Source of the DNA: the human T2T-CHM13v2.0 reference genome, Homo sapiens
NCBI RefSeq assembly: GCF_009914755.1
Contig: NC_060931.1
Length of the DNA stretch: 64,000 nt
Strand: one strand, 5' to 3'
The translations under genes and the position numbers were made by a program. The notes below the pieces were generated by a model that saw only the letters and a program-made list of their open reading frames with translations, made no database searches and was not told the DNA's origin. Of this stretch, positions 57,986 through 64,000 are shown piece after piece. Position 1 is the first letter of the stretch. Every line of letters begins with the position of its first letter.

Positions 57986-58210
57986 CAGGCAAAATCACCT
58001 CTAATTGCTTCTCTTGTTTTAGTTCTCCCAACAACCTGTAAGAGAAAATTGGACAGATATTCCTGTCCCCATTTTAGATGAGGCCGCAAGTACTTAGAGT
58101 GAAAATTTGTTTGAGGTCACATAATTAGTTAACATATTATTCCAGATAATCACAGATTTCTTTTTTAGACAACGCTCCCTACATCTCAATAGCTTAACCA
58201 AAGAATGTGT

Positions 58211-58320
58211 CAGAGGGCCATCTTTTTGCATCTCTGGGTTCTGCAGGGCCTGCTGCAGGAATTGGTGTCCACAGGGGGTTCTGGAGCCAATTCTCCACAG
58301 ATAGTGAGGTAGTTCTCCTG
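58211..58320 (-). mobile_element. MER2B-like (Tigger family) fragment
   Basis: gagggccatctttttgcatctctgggttctgcagggcc...gggggttctggagccaattctccacagatagtgagg. Confidence 0.6.
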
Positions 58321-59138
58321 TGGTCACACACCTCGGGATCCTTCACAGCCAGGTGTGTGGGCAGACGAGAGAGTGTGGTCATGCTACAGATAGCCTGGCA
58401 TTGACGTTCATCACTTTAGCCCGTATTCCGTTGGCCTGAACTGAGGCATACCATGCCGTGAGGCTCAGCGAGATGCAACGGAGTGTGGGCAGTGTCCTCC
58501 CGGATGTTCAGAAGAAAAGGACCCTGCTGAACACATGCAGTAGTTTCCACCACTATTAATGACCGTAAGGCAATGAATCTAAATAGTGAAAATCTTTGCA
58601 TGAAACCTATGCTTTTACTGACATTGTATTGTTGCAACAATCCAGGGATGTAGTTATGTATCTCCCTATTGTTTAAGGATGATAAAACAGATTCAGAGAA
58701 TTTAAGTGACTTGCAAAAGTCCACACCCCTGAGAAACAAGAGAGCCAGAGAACCCGTGGGCAGCTCTCAGCTCTGGCGCCAGGGCTGTGTGGTTGGGACA
58801 TACCCATTGACCTTGGAGGCAGAACAAAGCTGGTATCAAAACTCAGATTTCTTGACTGCCATTTCAGTGTACTTTTTCCACTACAAGATATTTCTTACTG
58901 TTTTGAGCATGCTGTATTACCACAGGGACTAGCGACATAGGTTTAAGCAAGTCTTCAGTGACTGAAGGAGAAAAACATGTAGTAAATATTGCTTAAATCT
59001 TTTCTCATTACCACATAGAAACACATTTCTATGTAGAAGTAGAAGACATTTCTACTTACCTATCCTGAGAACCTTCTCTCTGAAAAGCTCACAGCAGAGT
59101 CCATCTCTCCCGCTTGGCAGCTGCAATAAGTACAGTAA

Positions 59139-59472
<334 letters not shown>

Positions 59473-62400
59473 TTATTTCTAACTCACAAGAGTTCTTCTG
59501 CATGTTAGCCACCCCCCAGAGAAAATAGTCTCCATTGTTGTTCTCTCTTCAGCATATCCCAGGTATGTTTCCAAGCAAGTTTTGCTCCACTATAAGTTGA
59601 TGAGGACCTTTTTTTTTGGAAGCTGATGGCCTGGCAAGAGTTAGTCTTAATAGGTTGTGTTTCTTCTCACTTTAGCTGGCTCTCCCTAATGATAATGTCT
59701 GTTCAAGTTGAGCCCAGTTTCAGCCAGTTTCTCTGGGAGTCAAAAGCCTGTAGCACACCCAGAGAGCCACCACCTGTCCACAGCATATGGTCTGAAGGCA
59801 TCTCTGCTGCTCTAGCCTGACCAGCCAGCCCAGGATTTCCAACTGTGAGCTCACCCTCCTTGTAAGGCAAACAGGGTTTAGCCAGCGCTCACCTTGACCT
59901 GGTGACCTTTGAAGATTGAGGTTGCAGGAGAATGCAATTGAGAATGCAGCGGGTTTCCAGACCCCATGTGAGCCATCCCTGATGCTTCACCCTGGCTCCA
60001 TGGGAAGGAACCCAGAGCCCTGCCTGGCTGGTCTCCTGCTAATGAGATGGAAAGCAGGGGTCCTGGCCACACCATGAAACTCATGATGTTCTCCACTCTT
60101 GTGTCCCTGCCATGGCTCACATTCAGTAATTAGATACCAGCTCATTAATTCCTGCTATTCTTTCAGAAGGGAAAGGATGGTGCCCTTTGTTCTGCTCTGC
60201 TGGGCCCTGAGCCCTCACAGCATGAAGTAGCTAGATTCTGCCTCACTCCAGAGGCGGCTGCCACTTTCTCACCCCACAGTCAGCCCCTCAACCATGAAAA
60301 GATGTAAGGATGTAGCTAAATTACATAACCCAAGCATGAAAGCACCTGACGTGTATGAAACCATGTTCTCAGACACTTGTAGGCAGTGACAACTTTATAA
60401 TTAGGCATTTCATCCAACTTATGTATCTTACATAGGGAAATTGACATCTTAGCAAAATTTATTTGCCTAAAGTCGCATAGGTAATTAAAAGTAGATACAG
60501 CTGAGACTAGTTGCTATAATGCCCAGCTAGGAGGGAGTCGGTGGAAGAGGTGTCATCTATTTTCCTTTGAAGGTTTGTAAGTATTTGACTTTTCCTGCCC
60601 TGAGACTGACTTGCCTCTGAGGAGGCCCATCCGACTTAGCTTGAACAACCCGGATTCTTGTCTTTAGTCAAAAGCCTCTAAATAAAGAATACAAATCAGC
60701 TTAACTTCTCCAAGGTCTGGCAAAGCTTTATACACCTTTCAGAAACAGAACACAGCAAATCTGCCTCAGCAAACATGTGCATACGACTTTCATCTGAGCT
60801 ATCAGGAAGGCATCTTATAGACACATACAACGGAAGCCCAGAGGGCTCTGGCATGTTGCAAAATCAAACAGTCCAGAAAACTTTCCACCCCAGACCACTA
60901 TTCAGTTGTCATCTGAAATAATGGAAGTCAGAGTCAAACTCATCAATTAAACGAGAATTATTTATTTATCATAATCTCTACTGCCTGCTGCTTCAAATGC
61001 TTTCTCATGAATTAATGAGCTCATCTACGTGCATGTCAATATTTTGTTTTAAACTACAAAATAAAACACAGGATTAGGTTTTGTTCTCAGTGTCTACCTT
61101 TCTGTGGCATTGATGCAGATAGCAACTAAGGATTAAATCACAGAATGGTTCCCTTTTTAATTTATTTATAGAAATGGGCTTTTGCTTTTATTAGTGATGA
61201 ATGAAGAGAGCTTGACTTGGGGAAATTTAGACTGAGATTATTGAAGTGGCCTAGAGTTTGGAAATTTTTATAAAACCCAACTGTGCAAGTGGATTGAAAT
61301 TGTGCTTAAGAACAGGCTTTCATGCCAGACTTGTGCCGAATTCCATTTGGTTCCTGGCAGAAAACCCTTGAAGAATGGTATTTGGTTTTGTTTATTTGGC
61401 ATTTCAAATACTGGTTCATCTGGCCCCCATCCTGATCAAAAATAGTCAGAAGTAGAAATGGGTACTTGAGTGGCAGCAGAGTGGATTCATCTGGGCATGG
61501 CAGCACCTAGCGTAGGTCTCCAATATGCCATTGAGAATGTTGTTGAGTGCAGGATAACCTTTAACATAATACCCCTATCCCTCTCCTGTTTCCTTGCTGG
61601 TTGATCATCTGCCCTGGGCCACAAATAGCTCTCCCTCTCCACTCTCCCAAGGAAGAAAGTCCTGACAAATTACTCCCTTAACCCAGCTCTGTTCCTGAAG
61701 GCTTGCATATTCCATCACAGAACTTCCTCTTGGGATGGAGAGTAATGTTGGGACAGATGACTGTCCTACTTTCTAGCAATGAAAAATGATTGCATGAAGC
61801 CTCACATTCCTGATGCTAATGAGAATCTGTCCTTTCAGCTGGCGTTTGCATCAGGAGATGCCACTGCTTGATTTGTAATGTTTTGCACTAACACTCTGAG
61901 TGAACCCTGTCTTTGGGCCGTTCCATTGCACAATAGGCAGTTGAAATCTATGCTTTTCTCAATAGGGAGTACAAAAAATTCATCATTTTAAAGTGGGCTG
62001 TCAGATCTAAGAAATAAATCTCAGTTCATAAACTTGAAAAACTCAGAAGTGTTAAAAATTTTATTCACTAAGAACATAACATCCAAGACGAGAGATCAAT
62101 TTTGCATATTATTATTTCTACCTGAAGTATTCCATCTCACTTAAAAGAAATATTTGTTTGGAAGCATTGGTTGGTGCTGGTAGCCAAGGCTGTCCAACAA
62201 AAAAAGCGAGTTTTTAAAGAAAATGTTATTCCCTAAGGGTGAATCTTAAAAAATTGCCAAATGTATTCTTGAGATGAATAACAGGAAGCTTAGTTCTAGA
62301 AAGGGCCTGAGTGATTATCGAATCCATTCTTCATTTCACAGACGAGAAAATGAGTTTCAGAGATGCAAACATTCCTACTATCACAGAACTAGTAAGCTGG

Positions 62401-62499
62401 AGAACAGACATTAAGACCTGTAATAGTGATTCCCGTGTGAATGTTTTTATGATGAAACTGTACAAAATGATAGAACAATAACAATGTCAAAACACCTAT

Positions 62500-62660
62500 C
62501 ACTAAGCACTTTCATATGTAATATCTTTTTTTAATTATAACAAAACGGCAAAATAGGTGTTATCTCCATTTCACAAATGGTACAACTGAGGCTCAGAAAC
62601 ATTAAGCAACTGTCCTGGGGTCACAAAGAAGACACTGTTAGAGCCAGGTTTAGTCCACAT
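62500..62660 (-). mobile_element. MIR
   Basis: tatctccatttcacaaatggtacaactgaggctcagaaacattaagcaactgtcctggggtcaca. Confidence 0.8.
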
Positions 62661-62754
62661 ATTCAATTTCTTTGTTTATTTCCTTCGCTTTGCATGAGAA
62701 TTCCTTTTTGCTGTCTTTCATTTTTAAGCAGAAACCTTTCTTTAAAGACACTAA

Positions 62755-63150
62755 TGATCAAAGATCTAAATTAAAAACTAAAACTATTAAATTTCTAGAG
62801 GAAATCATAGCCCTACATCTAATGTATAATAGAACCAGATGGAAATTCTAGAAAATTCTGAAAAGTACAATATCTGAAAAGGAAGACAATACTTAGCTTG
62901 GATTAGGCAATTTGTTTCTTAGATGTGACACCAAATGCACAAAGAACAAAGGGAAAACAAGATAAATTGGGCATTTTTGAAATTAAAAACTTTTGTGCAT
63001 CAAACACCATTAAGGAAATGAAAAGACAATTCATAGAATGGGAGAACACTTTTGCAAATTGAATATCTGACAAGAGACTTGTATCTGGAATCTATTAAGA
63101 ATGCTATATAATTCAATAACAAACTGACAAGTAACCCTATTGAAAATGGG
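62755..63150 (+). mobile_element. Old L1 (L1MB-like) ORF2 fragment
   Basis: aaaattaaaaacttttgtgcatcaaacacc...gaatgggagaacacttttgcaaat..atatctgacaagagacttgtatc. Confidence 0.85.
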
Positions 63151-63159
63151 AAGTACCAA

Positions 63160-63800
63160 GTATACCTTTTCATTTAAATCATTGAACAGTTCACAATGGC
63201 TGTTGTAAAGTTTTTGCCTTGTTACTGAAACCATCATCTCTTGGTCTATTTCTATGGAGTTATTTTTTCCTAGTTATTGGCAGTTGCCTTATCTTTTATG
63301 TGTCTAATAACTTTTAATTGAATGTGGAACATTATGGATCTTATATTTTTGAGAATCTGAATGTTTAAAATTCCTTTGAAGAGTTTGTGTTTTCTTCTGG
63401 AGGCAGTTTACTTACTGGCTGTGAGCTCAGTCCTGTTGAGGCTGTTTCACGACAGGCTGTGGCTTTGTCAGGGTGGGTGTGGATCAGACATCTGGTCATC
63501 AACCCTGCATATTCCAGCCTCTTTCACAGGCTCACTCGCTGATTTCTGTTTCTCCCACATTAAGGCCACTGCTCTCTGATAGTCTCTGCCTCTCCCAGGC
63601 TGGAAAACAGCCTTAAGCAGAGAGCCCTTGCAAGTGAGGAGCCCCCTCATGCTTCCCCCTTCACCTCCAGGGTCATAGTCCTGTAGCGTATGTAATCCCC
63701 TTCCTAAAAACACTTGCTTTCTATATTTCCCTAGTTGTGTAATTGTTTATAGTGAGAGAGGAAGCCTGGTTACTCATGACTCTATTATGAGAAGAACCAC
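63160..63800 (-). mobile_element. Ancient L1M 5'UTR/ORF1-start fragment
   Basis: Similar in style to 22215-22600; ttcatttaaatcattgaac...gctgttgtaaagtttttgc. Confidence 0.5.
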
Positions 63801-64000
63801 AAATCTCTCCTACTTCATTTTAATCATTCGATGTTAGATGTATTTAACCACTTTGTTGCCATGTTTAAATTTTTATGGGGAGAAGCCCAAGGTAAATAAT
63901 AAAATTAACAAAACTTTTAGTCCAGTGTGTATTCCTCAGAGAAACCTCAGGTTTCTTTTCTTTTTTTTTTTTTTTTTTTAACAAATTCAGGTCTTTGTTC

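Noticed and set aside
63943-63996. Poly(T) run with a possible TSD (tcaggt) as an orphan poly(A) insertion
   Set aside because: The direct repeat is short and imperfect, and the window ends here.

Overview
Primate (most likely human) non-coding genomic DNA, intronic or intergenic. I could not support any host protein-coding exon, and I could not identify the locus. The ORF track is explained by transposon remnants, simple repeats and chance ORFs. The window holds nine Alus, one full-length dead L1PA (about 6.5 kb, minus strand), older L1M, L2, L3 and MIR fragments, MLT1/MLT2 solo LTRs, DNA transposons (Tigger1, MER1A, MER1B, MER2B, MER5), microsatellites and a CpG/GC-box-rich putative regulatory region at about 39.2-40.8 kb. 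I see no new gene system. The unusual content is a set of rare insertion and repair fossils: (1) a mitochondrial ND6 NUMT inside an old L1, with a duplicated junction; (2) a 5'-inverted, twin-primed AluY; (3) a tailless 5S rRNA retrocopy with a target-site duplication (TSD); (4) a ~70-bp L1 carrying an apparent 13-nt 3' transduction; (5) a perfect 48-bp templated insertion copied from 2.9 kb away, with fold-back hairpins at both junctions; (6) an open ORF0-like antisense frame with an in-frame consensus splice donor in the L1 5'UTR. Subfamily names come from remembered consensus sequences, not database searches.
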